DNA from: Actinomycetota bacterium
Lineage (GTDB): Bacteria > Actinomycetota > Thermoleophilia > Gaiellales > Gaiellaceae
Length of the DNA stretch: 64,000 nucleotides
Reading direction: 5' to 3'
NCBI GenBank assembly: GCA_046733295.1
Contig: JBKPOY010000038.1
Span: 4,951-68,950, forward strand
The notes under the pieces are model-generated. The model saw only the letters and a program-made list of their open reading frames with translations, was not told the origin of the DNA and did not search any database. The translations under genes and the position numbers were made by a program. Numbering within the stretch: position 1 is the first letter of the stretch; each line of letters opens with the position of its first letter. Below are positions 1 through 9,200 of the stretch, one piece after another.

Positions 1-897
1 ACGTCGCCGTACGCGCCGTTCTTCGGCAACGACGAGCTGCGCGTGCTCGAGACGATGGGGGCGATGACGGGGATCGCCCTCGACCGGGTGCGCCTCTTCC
101 AGCAGGAGCACGAGGCGCGAGTCGCCCTCGAACGGGCGGACGAGATCAAGACGAACTTCATCGCGCTCGCCTCCCACGAGCTGCGGACGCCAGTGACCAC
201 GATCCACGGGCTTGCGGCGACGCTCAACAGGGTCGGCGACCAGCTCGGCGACGAGCAGCGGGGCGAGCTACGTGACGCCCTCGAGCGACAGGCGGGCCGG
301 ATGGCGAAGCTGGTCGAGCAGCTCCTCGACCTCTCCCGCCTCGACGCCGAGGCGATCCCCATCAACCCGGAGCGGTTCAACGTCCGCGACCGGCTCGAGG
401 AGATCGTCGCGTCGGCGGCGGCCGAGCGCGCGGACGAGGTGAAGATCGGGGCGCCGGCGGACCTCGAGGCCTCCGTCGACCCGGCCGCGCTCGAAAGGAT
501 CGTTTCCAACCTCGTCACGAACGCACTCCGCTACGGTTCGCCACCGGTGTCGATCGAGGCAAGCCGCACCGACCGCCACCTTCGGATCGCCGTCCGGGAC
601 AGCGGCGAGGGCGTCCCCGAGACGTTCGTGCCCGAACTCTTCGAGCGGTTCACGCGCGCGGCCGGACCCGACCGCGTCAGCGGTACCGGCTTGGGGCTCG
701 CAATCGCCCGCTCGTACGCCCGGGCGCACGACGGCGATCTCGCCTACGAGGAAGCTGATCCCCACGGCGCCTGTTTCAAGCTCGTCCTGCGGACGAAGCC
801 ACTACCCGCGGAGGAACGCGACGAGGCCGACGGCGAGCCCGAGGTGGAGTCGCATCGCTGGCGCCTCCTCGGCGTGGGTCGAAGGAGGAGGGTCTGA
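1..897 (+). CDS. sensor histidine kinase, 5' end cut by window edge (GAF-like tail + HisKA + HATPase_c)
   Basis: Frame open from nt 1. H-box ASHELRTPVTTIHG, N-box LVTNALRYG, G-boxes DSGEGVP and GTGLGLAIA. TGA at 895-897. Confidence 0.85.
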   Translation, partial: TSPYAPFFGNDELRVLETMGAMTGIALDRVRLFQQEHEARVALERADEIKTNFIALASHELRTPVTTIHGLAATLNRVGDQLGDEQRGELRDALERQAGRMAKLVEQLLDLSRLDAEAIPINPERFNVRDRLEEIVASAAAERADEVKIGAPADLEASVDPAALERIVSNLVTNALRYGSPPVSIEASRTDRHLRIAVRDSGEGVPETFVPELFERFTRAAGPDRVSGTGLGLAIARSYARAHDGDLAYEEADPHGACFKLVLRTKPLPAEERDEADGEPEVESHRWRLLGVGRRRRV

Positions 898-947
898 CGA
901 AATGCCAAAACCGGTCTCGCAGAGGGAACGAATAGGCTCTTACCGCG

Positions 948-1229
948 ATGCCGAGATTTCTGGTCGTGAGAAAGTTCGAGGTCGACGAGGAGGAGATGCC
1001 TCAGGTCGGCCGGCGCTCGCGCGAGGCGATCGAGGGAGGCTTCCCCGAGATCACGTGGGAGCACAGTCACGTGGTCGTGGATGACGACGGCCTGGTCAGG
1101 ACGTTCTGCGTCTACGAAGCGCCCGACGAGGAGGCCATCCGCAGGCACGCTTCCGTGCTCGGCAAGCACGAGATCGCCTCGGTACACGAGATCGCGGGAG
1201 ACGTAACCCCCGCCGACTTCCCCGGCTAG
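948..1229 (+). CDS. small cytoplasmic protein, DUF4242-like, function unknown
   Basis: 93-aa ORF with GC-rich third positions. N-terminus MPRFLVVRKF and size recall DUF4242, from memory only. Confidence 0.45.
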   Translation: MPRFLVVRKFEVDEEEMPQVGRRSREAIEGGFPEITWEHSHVVVDDDGLVRTFCVYEAPDEEAIRRHASVLGKHEIASVHEIAGDVTPADFPG

Positions 1230-1236
1230 TCCCCGG

Positions 1237-3309
1237 CTAGTCCCGTTTCCCCAGCAGGCGCGCGTCGAGCACGTGGAACAGCGCCTGGCGCGCGATCGCC
1301 AAGCGACGGCGCAGCTCCCTGCGGCGGCCCACGTCGTCCTCCGGGACGAGCTCGAGCGCTTCGCGGTAGAGCGCCGCGGCATGCTCTTTCGCCCACCCGC
1401 GCTCGGCCTCCTCAGCCGCCGCCATGAAGTACGTCACCGCTCGCTCGGACTCGCCGGCATCGCGCCAGTGGCGCGCGAGCGCCGCGGCCGCCTCGCCGAC
1501 CTCCGACGTCGCCTCCTCCAGATAGCTCGCGACCTGCGCATGGCGGTCCCGACGGCGCGCGCGAGGCAGCAGCTCGTATGCCACGTCGCGGATCAAGACG
1601 TGCTTGAAGCTGAACTGCTGATCGCCCTCGATCACGGAGACTCGGTCGCGCCGGATCAGGTCGCGCGTCTCGAGCGCGGCGAGCAGCTCCGACAGGCCCT
1701 CCGTTTCCTCGACCATGCGTTCGAGCGCACCCCGCCAGAAGGTGCGGCCACCGACAGCGGCGTCCAGCAGCAGCGACCGCTCCGGCCGAGGCAGCGCGTC
1801 GAGCCTGGCGGCCAGCAAGGCGCGGATCGTCGTCGGCAACACCGCACTTCCCTGCTCGGGGCGCTCGGCCACGGTTGCCGCCAGCTGCTCGATGAACAGC
1901 GGGTTGCCCTCGGCGGTGGCGGCGATCGCCTCGGCGCGGTCGCCGTCGCCAGCCAGGAGATGCTCGGCCAGGTCGCGACCTTCGTCCGCGTTGAGGGGCT
2001 CGAGCGGCAGCGCCGTGTAGGCCGGCAGGCCGCCGCCCCAGGTCGGCCTGTCGTCGAGCAGGTCCGGCCGTGCCAGCGTGAGCAGGAGGATCGGCACGTC
2101 ACGAAGGCGTGCGCCGAGGAACTCGATCAGGTCGAGGAGGCTTTCGTCAGCCCAGTGGATGTCCTCGAAGACGAGCATGGTCGGGCGGTCGCGAGCGACC
2201 GCTTCGATGAGGGAGTGGACCGAGGAGAAGAGCGCCTCACGATCCGCGCTCGAGGCTTCAGGATCGAGCCCGAGGAGGATCCCGAGGTGCTGCGCGACGA
2301 TCTCCGCGTCGGGCGGCGCGACGAGCCGGCCGACCGTCTCGCCGAGCTTCCGCTGCGCGACGTCGAGGGGATCGCTCTCGAAGATCCTGCAGAGCTGCTT
2401 CACGTGCAGGGTGAACGCGAAGTAGGCGCTGCTCTCGCGGTACGGCAACGAGCGGCCCTGGAATGTCCGCGCACCGGACTTCCGGACAACCTCAGCGAAC
2501 TCGGTCGCAAGACGCGTCTTGCCGACGCCGGCCGGACCGAGCACCGTCACGAGGTGTGGCCTGCGCTCGGCCGCTGATCGCTCCCACATTCTGCGCAGCA
2601 GCTCGAGCTCGCGCGTGCGCCCGACGAGCGGGGCGGATGAGACTCCGCGGTCGCCGATCGGGGTGCGGGCCTCGAGTGCGACCCACACGTCGAGAGGCAG
2701 GGACTTCCCCCTCGCCACGACCCGCTCGGCTGGTTCGTAGACGATGGCGTCCCGGGTGGCCCGGTAGGTCTCCGCGCCGACGAGGACGCCGTTCGTCGGC
2801 GCGGCCTGCTGGAGACGCGACGCAGTGTTGACGACGTCGCCGGCGACCATCGCCTCGCCGAGGTCGACGCGGGCGCCGAGCGCAACGACGGCCTCGCCGG
2901 TGTTGACCGCAACCCTGATCTGGAGCTCAGGCTCGCTCGCGTTCAACTCGTCCACGCTGTCCCGGACTGCGAGGGCCGCGCGCACGGCACGCTCCGCATC
3001 GTCTCCGTAGGCCGTTGGCGCGCCGAAGATGCCGACCACCGCATCGCCGATGAACTTCTCGACGATCCCGCCGAACGATTCGATCTCCTTTCGCAGGCAC
3101 CGGTGGTACCGGGTCAGGATCGCCTGGACGTCTTCAGGATCGAGGCGCTCGGACCGAGCCGTGAAGCCGACGAGGTCGGCGAAGATGATGGTGACAAAGC
3201 GTCGCTCCTCTCGCGGAGCCCCGACCGCGGCCTCCAGCGGACGGCCGCACGCGAAGCAGAACCTCGCGGCATCCGGGTTCTCCTGTCCGCAGCTCGAGCA
3301 CGTGATCAC
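1237..3309 (-). CDS. zinc-ribbon / class III adenylate-guanylate cyclase / AAA(STAND) ATPase / TPR-like signalling protein
   Basis: N-terminal CSSCGQENPDAARFCFACG. Cyclase motifs FADLVGFT, FIGDAVVGIFGAP, RVAVNTGEAV. Walker A GPAGVGKTRL. Helical C-terminus with no HTH seen. Confidence 0.85.
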   Translation of the reverse strand: MITCSSCGQENPDAARFCFACGRPLEAAVGAPREERRFVTIIFADLVGFTARSERLDPEDVQAILTRYHRCLRKEIESFGGIVEKFIGDAVVGIFGAPTAYGDDAERAVRAALAVRDSVDELNASEPELQIRVAVNTGEAVVALGARVDLGEAMVAGDVVNTASRLQQAAPTNGVLVGAETYRATRDAIVYEPAERVVARGKSLPLDVWVALEARTPIGDRGVSSAPLVGRTRELELLRRMWERSAAERRPHLVTVLGPAGVGKTRLATEFAEVVRKSGARTFQGRSLPYRESSAYFAFTLHVKQLCRIFESDPLDVAQRKLGETVGRLVAPPDAEIVAQHLGILLGLDPEASSADREALFSSVHSLIEAVARDRPTMLVFEDIHWADESLLDLIEFLGARLRDVPILLLTLARPDLLDDRPTWGGGLPAYTALPLEPLNADEGRDLAEHLLAGDGDRAEAIAATAEGNPLFIEQLAATVAERPEQGSAVLPTTIRALLAARLDALPRPERSLLLDAAVGGRTFWRGALERMVEETEGLSELLAALETRDLIRRDRVSVIEGDQQFSFKHVLIRDVAYELLPRARRRDRHAQVASYLEEATSEVGEAAAALARHWRDAGESERAVTYFMAAAEEAERGWAKEHAAALYREALELVPEDDVGRRRELRRRLAIARQALFHVLDARLLGKRD

Positions 3310-3354
3310 CGGCTAAGCGTAGAGCGCGGCTCCGAGCGCAACGAGATGCGAACG

Positions 3355-3388
3355 AGGAAAACGGAGGGGCGCCTGGGGCGCCCCTCCG
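3355..3388 (-). terminator. rho-independent terminator downstream of the BNR gene
   Basis: 12-bp GC stem ACGGAGGGGCGC / GCGCCCCTCCGT with 4-nt loop, followed on the minus strand by TTTCCT. Confidence 0.6.
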
Positions 3389-3408
3389 TCGTTGCTCTCA
3401 GCGGCCGG

Positions 3409-5205
3409 TCACGGAGTCGGATCCGGGTAGGAGCCGCCGAAGATGTCGCTGTTCCCGAATGTCGCCGGGCAATCCTGGGCAGGCGCGGGACGGTTCGGGT
3501 CAGACGTGTCTCCCGCCGCCGTCCCGTCGACGATCGCCTGACGGTAGGCGTCGATCGCGGGGCAGTCGGCCGCGTTGCGGGCGTCGTTCCAGGTGGCGAC
3601 GGCATAGGTGTTCGTCGCGAACACGTAGTTGTAGTCGCCGAGGAACTCGCCCGTGAGAGCGTTGGCGCTCGACCCACGGGCGTCGCCGTTCGGTGCGCGG
3701 TGCAGGTCGCTCCAGGCACCGATCGCACCGCTTGTCGGATCGACGTCGGCATGACGGACGACGCCCTGGAACAACCGCGGCGCTGCCGTCGTCGGCAGCC
3801 ACGGTTGCAGGAAGTTGTCGTACGTCAGGTACGCGTCTCTTCCGTTGGGCGAGATCGCGATGGCCGCGAAGTCCGGGCGATCCGCCGGAGGCGAGGCGAT
3901 CCCGCCGGAGGTCCACGTGCCGCCGTGGTCCCGCGACCAGAGGATTCTGACCTGCTCGTTCGGGCCCGGGTTGGCGAGCGACGGCGTCGGACCGTTGGAC
4001 CATGCGAGCAGAATCTGATCGGTTGCTCCCGCTCCGCTCGGGGCGCCGTTCGCGATGTCGACGGTCGGGAAGGTTCCGTCGCGAGCTCCGGCCACCCCGT
4101 CGAAGGTCAGATCGCCCGACGCGGGGTCGACGAGGCCGGTCTGGTCGATGTGCGTCACGACGGTTGCCGGACGCTGGAAGTGCTTGCCGCCGTCCGTGGA
4201 GACCGCCATGAAGATCGCGAGCGTCCTCGTCCTGGGATCCGTGCCGTCCCAGAAGACATAGACGCGGCCGGTGCTGTCGGTGTTGACGGCGCAGTCCTGA
4301 CGACCGCCGATCTGGCCGTTGTTGACGGACTGTGACAGCTGTGTGTGTCCCCATGTGTCTCCGCCGTCGGAGGAGTAGTTGAGGACGATCGGCTCGGGTG
4401 CCGCGTTGCCGCGACCGATGAATTCAGCCGTGCCGCGGAAGGCAGCGTCGCAGATGTAGACGTTGCCGAACTGCGGGCTCGAAGCCGCGTCGTCGACCGC
4501 GAGCATCTCGTGGTCGGAGAAGAGCGCGGAGTTCTGCTTCGAGACGATCACCGGATCGGCCCAGGCGGTGCTGTCGCCGGCCTGCGCCCGTGCGTAGTTC
4601 GCGCTGTCGAGGCGCGAGACGGCGATACCCTCGAACCCCTTCAAATTGCTGGGGCCGATGCTGTAGGTCAGGTTGGCGTAGTAGAGGCGCCAGCCGTCCC
4701 ACGAGAACGTCCCGTTGGCCCGTCGCGCAGGCCCGAAGGCGAGCGCTGGGTCGCCGTCGGAAACGAGGTTGTTCTCGAAGTACCGCGGCAGGGTGCCGAT
4801 CGGTCCGGGTTGTGGATCGCAGTTGTCGGCAGGGACCGGCTGCAGTCCCACCAGCCCGAGGCAGTTGCGCGCCGACAGTCCGGTGTACGTCGGTTGCGAC
4901 CAGGTGGTCGCGCTGTCGTTCGAGAAGTAGATCCCCGAGACGCCGACTCCGAGCGTGAACGGGCAGGTCACGTCGCTGCGGTTGTTGCACGCTTCCAAGT
5001 CGATCTCGTCATTGGCCCCCGCGGCCACGATCGACGGTACTGCGGGGTTGATCGCCACGGCCGGCTCGTTCTGCTTGTTCTGCGGGAACGGCGTTGCCGG
5101 GCTGCCGATAGTCACGCGGGTGTCCGGATTGAACGCTCCCGCGACTGCGGTCAGCATCAGCGCCGCTACCGCCACGAGCGGTAGTGCACGAAGGACATGC
5201 CGCAT
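3409..5205 (-). CDS. secreted BNR/Asp-box repeat protein (sialidase-like beta-propeller fold)
   Basis: Signal peptide MRHVLRALPLVAVAALMLTAVAGA. Asp-boxes SSDGGDTW, SRDHGGTW, STDGGKHF, SNDSATTW. Confidence 0.7.
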   Translation of the reverse strand: MRHVLRALPLVAVAALMLTAVAGAFNPDTRVTIGSPATPFPQNKQNEPAVAINPAVPSIVAAGANDEIDLEACNNRSDVTCPFTLGVGVSGIYFSNDSATTWSQPTYTGLSARNCLGLVGLQPVPADNCDPQPGPIGTLPRYFENNLVSDGDPALAFGPARRANGTFSWDGWRLYYANLTYSIGPSNLKGFEGIAVSRLDSANYARAQAGDSTAWADPVIVSKQNSALFSDHEMLAVDDAASSPQFGNVYICDAAFRGTAEFIGRGNAAPEPIVLNYSSDGGDTWGHTQLSQSVNNGQIGGRQDCAVNTDSTGRVYVFWDGTDPRTRTLAIFMAVSTDGGKHFQRPATVVTHIDQTGLVDPASGDLTFDGVAGARDGTFPTVDIANGAPSGAGATDQILLAWSNGPTPSLANPGPNEQVRILWSRDHGGTWTSGGIASPPADRPDFAAIAISPNGRDAYLTYDNFLQPWLPTTAAPRLFQGVVRHADVDPTSGAIGAWSDLHRAPNGDARGSSANALTGEFLGDYNYVFATNTYAVATWNDARNAADCPAIDAYRQAIVDGTAAGDTSDPNRPAPAQDCPATFGNSDIFGGSYPDPTP

Positions 5206-5268
5206 CTTTCCCCCCTTCTCCCTTGAGTAGATCGGAGGCAGCCGATCCTATACCTCGGAGAGTTGGAG

Positions 5269-5350
5269 TGGGGGCGGGAGGATTCGAACCTCCGTAGGCT
5301 GAGCCGACGGGTTTACAGCCCGTTCCCTTTGGCCACTCGGGCACACCCCC
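5269..5350 (-). tRNA. tRNA-Tyr (GUA), class II with long variable arm
   Basis: Acceptor GGGGGTG/CGCCCCC, anticodon loop CTGTAAA, T arm GGAGGTTCGAATCCTCC, discriminator A. CCA not encoded. Confidence 0.9.
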
Positions 5351-5397
5351 GGGGTCGGCAATTGTAGCGGCCGCCCCGCGCGGTCTACGATCCTCGG

Positions 5398-6522
5398 GTG
5401 GCCCGTTTCGACGCGATCGTGGTCGGCGCCGGGCCCGCCGGCTCGTCGACCGCCTACCGCCTCGCGCGCGCGGGCGCGCGCGTGTGCATGGTCGACCGGG
5501 CGCCGTTCCCGCGGGACAAGCCCTGCGGCGGCGGACTGACGCTGCGGGCGGTGCGCCAGCTCCCGTTCCCGGTCGACCCGGTCGTCGAAGACCGCGTCAC
5601 CACCCTCGAGCTCGGGTACCGCTACCGCAGGAGCTTTCAGAGGAAAGCAGACGGGCCCTGGGTGGTGATGACGCAGCGGCGCCGGCTCGACGCCTACCTC
5701 GCCGAGCGAGCGGCGGACGCCGGAGCCGAGTTCCGCGACGGCGTCAGGGTGACGGAGGTGCGTCCCGACGGGACGGTCCTCGTGGGAGCCGAGCGCCTCG
5801 AGGCCGACGTCGTCGTCGGGGCCGACGGCGCCAACGGCGTCGCCGGCCGGGCACTCGGGCCACCGGGGCACACGCTTGGCGTCGCGCTAGAGGGCAATGT
5901 CGGGTACGAGCACGTCCCGGCCGAGCGGTTCCGCGGCTGCGCCGTGGTCGAGCTCGGGGTCGTCTCCGGCGGCTACGCGTGGGTCTTTCCGAAGGGCGAC
6001 CACGTGAACGTGGGCGTCGGCGGCTGGGACTCCGAGGGGCCGCGGTTGCGCGAGCGGCTCCGCGAGCTCTGTGCGGCGTATGGGGTGGACCACGCGCACG
6101 TCCGCAAGCTGCGCGGGCATCGGCTGCCGATGCGCGGGGCGACCTGCCCGCCCGTGCGCGATCGTCTGCTCTTGGTCGGCGACGCCGCCGGCCTCGTCGA
6201 TCCGCTGTCGGGTGACGGGATGTACGAGGCCTTCGTCAGCGGCCGCCTCGCCGCCGCCGCGGCGGTCGATTTTCTCCAGGGCCGCACGGCCGATCTGGAC
6301 GGCTACGCGAGCGTCTTCGCGACCACGTTCTCGCCGCTCGAATCGGTCTCGTGGCGGGCGAAGGTTGCGTTCGACCGCTTCCCCCGTATCGCGTACTGGC
6401 TGGCGCGGACGCCCACCTCGTGGCGCCTGTTCGAATCCGTGGTCAGCGGCGAACGGACGGCCTCCGACGCGCGCGGCCTGGGCGCCGCACCCTTGCGAGT
6501 GCTCAAAGCGCTCGGCGCCTAA
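5398..6522 (+). CDS. geranylgeranyl reductase family FAD-dependent oxidoreductase
   Basis: GTG start. Rossmann motif DAIVVGAGPAGSSTAYRLARAG, then DKPCGGGLT typical of this family. Confidence 0.8.
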   Translation: MARFDAIVVGAGPAGSSTAYRLARAGARVCMVDRAPFPRDKPCGGGLTLRAVRQLPFPVDPVVEDRVTTLELGYRYRRSFQRKADGPWVVMTQRRRLDAYLAERAADAGAEFRDGVRVTEVRPDGTVLVGAERLEADVVVGADGANGVAGRALGPPGHTLGVALEGNVGYEHVPAERFRGCAVVELGVVSGGYAWVFPKGDHVNVGVGGWDSEGPRLRERLRELCAAYGVDHAHVRKLRGHRLPMRGATCPPVRDRLLLVGDAAGLVDPLSGDGMYEAFVSGRLAAAAAVDFLQGRTADLDGYASVFATTFSPLESVSWRAKVAFDRFPRIAYWLARTPTSWRLFESVVSGERTASDARGLGAAPLRVLKALGA

Positions 6523-6547
6523 AGGCGCTGCGGCTGCCTGCCGATGA
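6520..6547 (+). promoter_or_regulatory. sigma-28-like promoter box upstream of pilT1
   Basis: TAAA-N16-GCCGATGA. In-frame GTG at 6556 lies 8 nt after the box. The ORF-track ATG 6544 sits inside the box. Confidence 0.5.
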
Positions 6548-7734
6548 GCAGGCTCGTGGAGCTGAATGCGGTCCTTCGGCGTGCCGTGGAGCAGGGCGCG
6601 AGCGACGTCCACCTCAAGGTGGGCCAGATCCCGGTCATGCGCCGGGACGGCGACCTGACCGCGTTCGACGACCATCCGCCGCTGACGGATGCCGATCTCG
6701 AGTCGGTCCTCGCGATCATCTCCGAGCTGACGCCTGCTAAGCGCGAATCCTTCTACGACACGGGCGAGCTCGACATCGCGTATACGAACGGCGACCTGCC
6801 CCGGTTCCGCGTCAACGCGTTCCGCCAGCGGGGGTCGATCTCGTTCGCCTTCCGCGTGATCCCGAAGCGCGTCCCGAGCTTCGAGGACCTGCGCCTCCCC
6901 GAGGGCGTGCGGCAGATGGCGGAGGAGCATCGGGGCCTCGTGCTCGTCACGGGCGCCACCGGCTCGGGGAAGACGACGACGCTCGCCGCGATCATCGACC
7001 ACATCAATAAGTCCCGGCGGCAGCACATCGTCACCGTCGAGGACCCGATCGAGATTCTCCACGACGACCACAACTGCATCGTCAACCAGCGCGAGGTGGG
7101 CATCGACACGCAGGACTTCCTGCAGGCCCTGCGCCGCGCGTTACGGCAGGACCCCGACGTGATCCTGATCGGCGAGCTGCGCGACGCCGAGACCGCCGAG
7201 ACCGCGCTGAAGGCGGCGGAGTCGGGCCACCTCGTCTTCTCGACCATGCACACGATCGACGCGGCCGAGACGCTCGGCCGGATGATCGAGTTCTTCCCGG
7301 GGATCAAGCAGGCGCAGATCCGCTCGATCCTCGCCGGGGTCCTGCGGGGCGTCGTCAGCCAGCGGCTGCTGCCGCGCGTCGACGGGGGCCGGGTGGCGGC
7401 CGTCGAGGTCATGGTCAACAACGCGCGCATCTCCGACCTGATCCGCGAGAACAAGACGGAGGAGATTCCCGACGCAATCGGCGAGGGGTCGTTCTTCAAG
7501 ATGCAGACCTTCGAGCAGGCGCTGATCGCGCTCGTCCTGACCGGCGACATCGACCGCGAGGTCGCCGGCGCCGCCGCGACGAATCAGCATGACTTCATGG
7601 TCGCGCTCGAGCAGGCCCTGAAGCGGCAGGCGGCTGGGATCAGCAAGGAGGACGAGCGCATGAATCCCACGCCCCCGGCCGCCCGGCCGGAGGAAGCGGA
7701 GCCTCTGCCGAACCTCCGCGTCGTCCCGGAGTGA
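6544..7734 (+). CDS. pilT: type IV pilus retraction ATPase PilT paralog 1, with ~50-aa C-terminal tail
   Basis: ASDVHLKVG, Walker A GATGSGKTTT, DPIE, TGHLVFSTMHT. True start possibly GTG 6556. Confidence 0.9.
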   Translation: MSRLVELNAVLRRAVEQGASDVHLKVGQIPVMRRDGDLTAFDDHPPLTDADLESVLAIISELTPAKRESFYDTGELDIAYTNGDLPRFRVNAFRQRGSISFAFRVIPKRVPSFEDLRLPEGVRQMAEEHRGLVLVTGATGSGKTTTLAAIIDHINKSRRQHIVTVEDPIEILHDDHNCIVNQREVGIDTQDFLQALRRALRQDPDVILIGELRDAETAETALKAAESGHLVFSTMHTIDAAETLGRMIEFFPGIKQAQIRSILAGVLRGVVSQRLLPRVDGGRVAAVEVMVNNARISDLIRENKTEEIPDAIGEGSFFKMQTFEQALIALVLTGDIDREVAGAAATNQHDFMVALEQALKRQAAGISKEDERMNPTPPAARPEEAEPLPNLRVVPE

Positions 7735-9161
7735 TGAAGCGCGTACTGCTCGGACTGGCGCTCGCCATCGTCAGCGTCGCCTCGACGGCGAGCGCGGACA
7801 CCTTCCGCATGCTCCCTTCCGCACCGTCGAATCTGCCGAGCTCGACGATCCCCAACCAGCCCGGTCAGATCAGCGTGCCGACGCCGATCTCGCAGGCGCC
7901 GGCGCGACCGCAGTCGCTGACCTTCCTGCAGCTGACCTCGCTCTGGCAGCAGGCGGGGCAGGGCTACGGGATCCCCTGGCAGGTGCTCGCGGCCATCAAC
8001 AAGGTGGAGTCGAACTTCGGCCGCAACATGGGCCCCAGCTCCGCCGGCGCGGTCGGCTGGATGCAGTTCATGCCCTCGACCTGGGACCGCTGGGGGATGG
8101 ACGCCGACGCCGACGGCATCGCCGATCCGTGGAACGCGACCGACGCGATCTACTCCGCGGCGCGCTACCTCGCCGCCGCCGGGGGGCGCGCGGACATCGC
8201 CCGGGCCGTGCTCGCCTACAACCACGCGCAGTGGTACGTCGACGAGGTGCTGCAGCTCTCGAAAACCTTCGGCGACGGCGGTGTCGACACGACCTTCCAG
8301 CTCGACCGGCTCCAGGTCTCACTCGATGGAGCGCGGAAGGAAGTAGCGCGCGCGAACCGGAAGCTCGTCGCGGCGACGAAGACAGAGCGCGGACTTGCTC
8401 GCGCCGAGCGCCGTGCCCTGCGGCGGGTCGGAAGCGTCTCGCTGCTCTCGCGCCAGCTGGAGCTCCAGAAGGCGGCCACGCTCGTCGGCGTCAGGCACCA
8501 CGCTGCCGCACAGCGCGTCGACCAGCTCCGAAAGGAGCTCGCCGACGCCGAGTCGGCGCTGCAGGATGCGGCCACGCAGGTCGCCTCGGCTCCGGCGGCG
8601 TCGAGCGCGGGGGCGATGTTCGACGCGCCGACGGCCCAGTCTGGCTACGTCTTTCCAGTCGGCGGCGGCCCGTCGGTCGTCTCGGTCGCACACACCCATC
8701 ACGACTATCCGGCGGCCGACATCGCCGCACCCGATGGCTCGCCTGTCTACGCGCTGGCCGACGCGGTCGTCCAGCGGGCGTGGAGCCAACCGGACGCGCG
8801 CTGCGGCATCGGCCTGACCGTCGAGACCGCGGACAACGTCTCCTGGACGTACTGCCACCTCTCGTACCTCGAGCCAGCCGTGGAGGCAGGGGCCGTGCTC
8901 TCCGCCGGCGCACCAGTAGGCCTCGTCGGGCACACCGGGCATGCAACCGGTCCGCACCTGCACTTGCAGCTGAGCCCGCCCACGGAGTACCCGCAAAGCC
9001 AGGCGTGGTTCCAGCAGTTCGCCGGTGTCGCCTTCCGCTGGCAGGACGCCGTCACGCCCGAGCCTCAGGCCGCAACCGGTCACGGCACGGTCTTCGCAGA
9101 GGTCCCGAGCGGGTCGCAGCCGGCGTCCGGCTCGGGCGGCGTGATCCGGTTCACCCGTTAG
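7731..9161 (+). CDS. secreted bifunctional murein hydrolase: lytic transglycosylase (SLT-like) + coiled coil + M23 peptidase
   Basis: Signal peptide. AAINKVESNFG...GWMQFMPSTW (SLT-type). C-terminal HTHHDYPAADI...GHTGHATGPHLHLQ (M23). Start overlaps pilT1 stop (GTGATG). Confidence 0.85.
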   Translation: MMKRVLLGLALAIVSVASTASADTFRMLPSAPSNLPSSTIPNQPGQISVPTPISQAPARPQSLTFLQLTSLWQQAGQGYGIPWQVLAAINKVESNFGRNMGPSSAGAVGWMQFMPSTWDRWGMDADADGIADPWNATDAIYSAARYLAAAGGRADIARAVLAYNHAQWYVDEVLQLSKTFGDGGVDTTFQLDRLQVSLDGARKEVARANRKLVAATKTERGLARAERRALRRVGSVSLLSRQLELQKAATLVGVRHHAAAQRVDQLRKELADAESALQDAATQVASAPAASSAGAMFDAPTAQSGYVFPVGGGPSVVSVAHTHHDYPAADIAAPDGSPVYALADAVVQRAWSQPDARCGIGLTVETADNVSWTYCHLSYLEPAVEAGAVLSAGAPVGLVGHTGHATGPHLHLQLSPPTEYPQSQAWFQQFAGVAFRWQDAVTPEPQAATGHGTVFAEVPSGSQPASGSGGVIRFTR

Positions 9162-9200
9162 GGGGAAGGCGCGGGGCCGCACGGTGCCGACTACGCGTGT

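Noticed and set aside
5104-5111. An exact GCCGATAG followed 8 nt later by GTG, antisense inside the BNR gene.
   Set aside because: There is no T/A tetramer at -35 (GGGA at the N16 position). The downstream ORF has only 37 codons and lies antisense to a signal-peptide region. This is consistent with the few chance hits expected.
9186-9193. GCCGACTA 7 nt upstream of ATG 9201 (PASTA-like gene), a possible tenth promoter.
   Set aside because: The -10 box has an internal mismatch and there is no T/A tetramer at the right spacing. It is left unconfirmed rather than counted.
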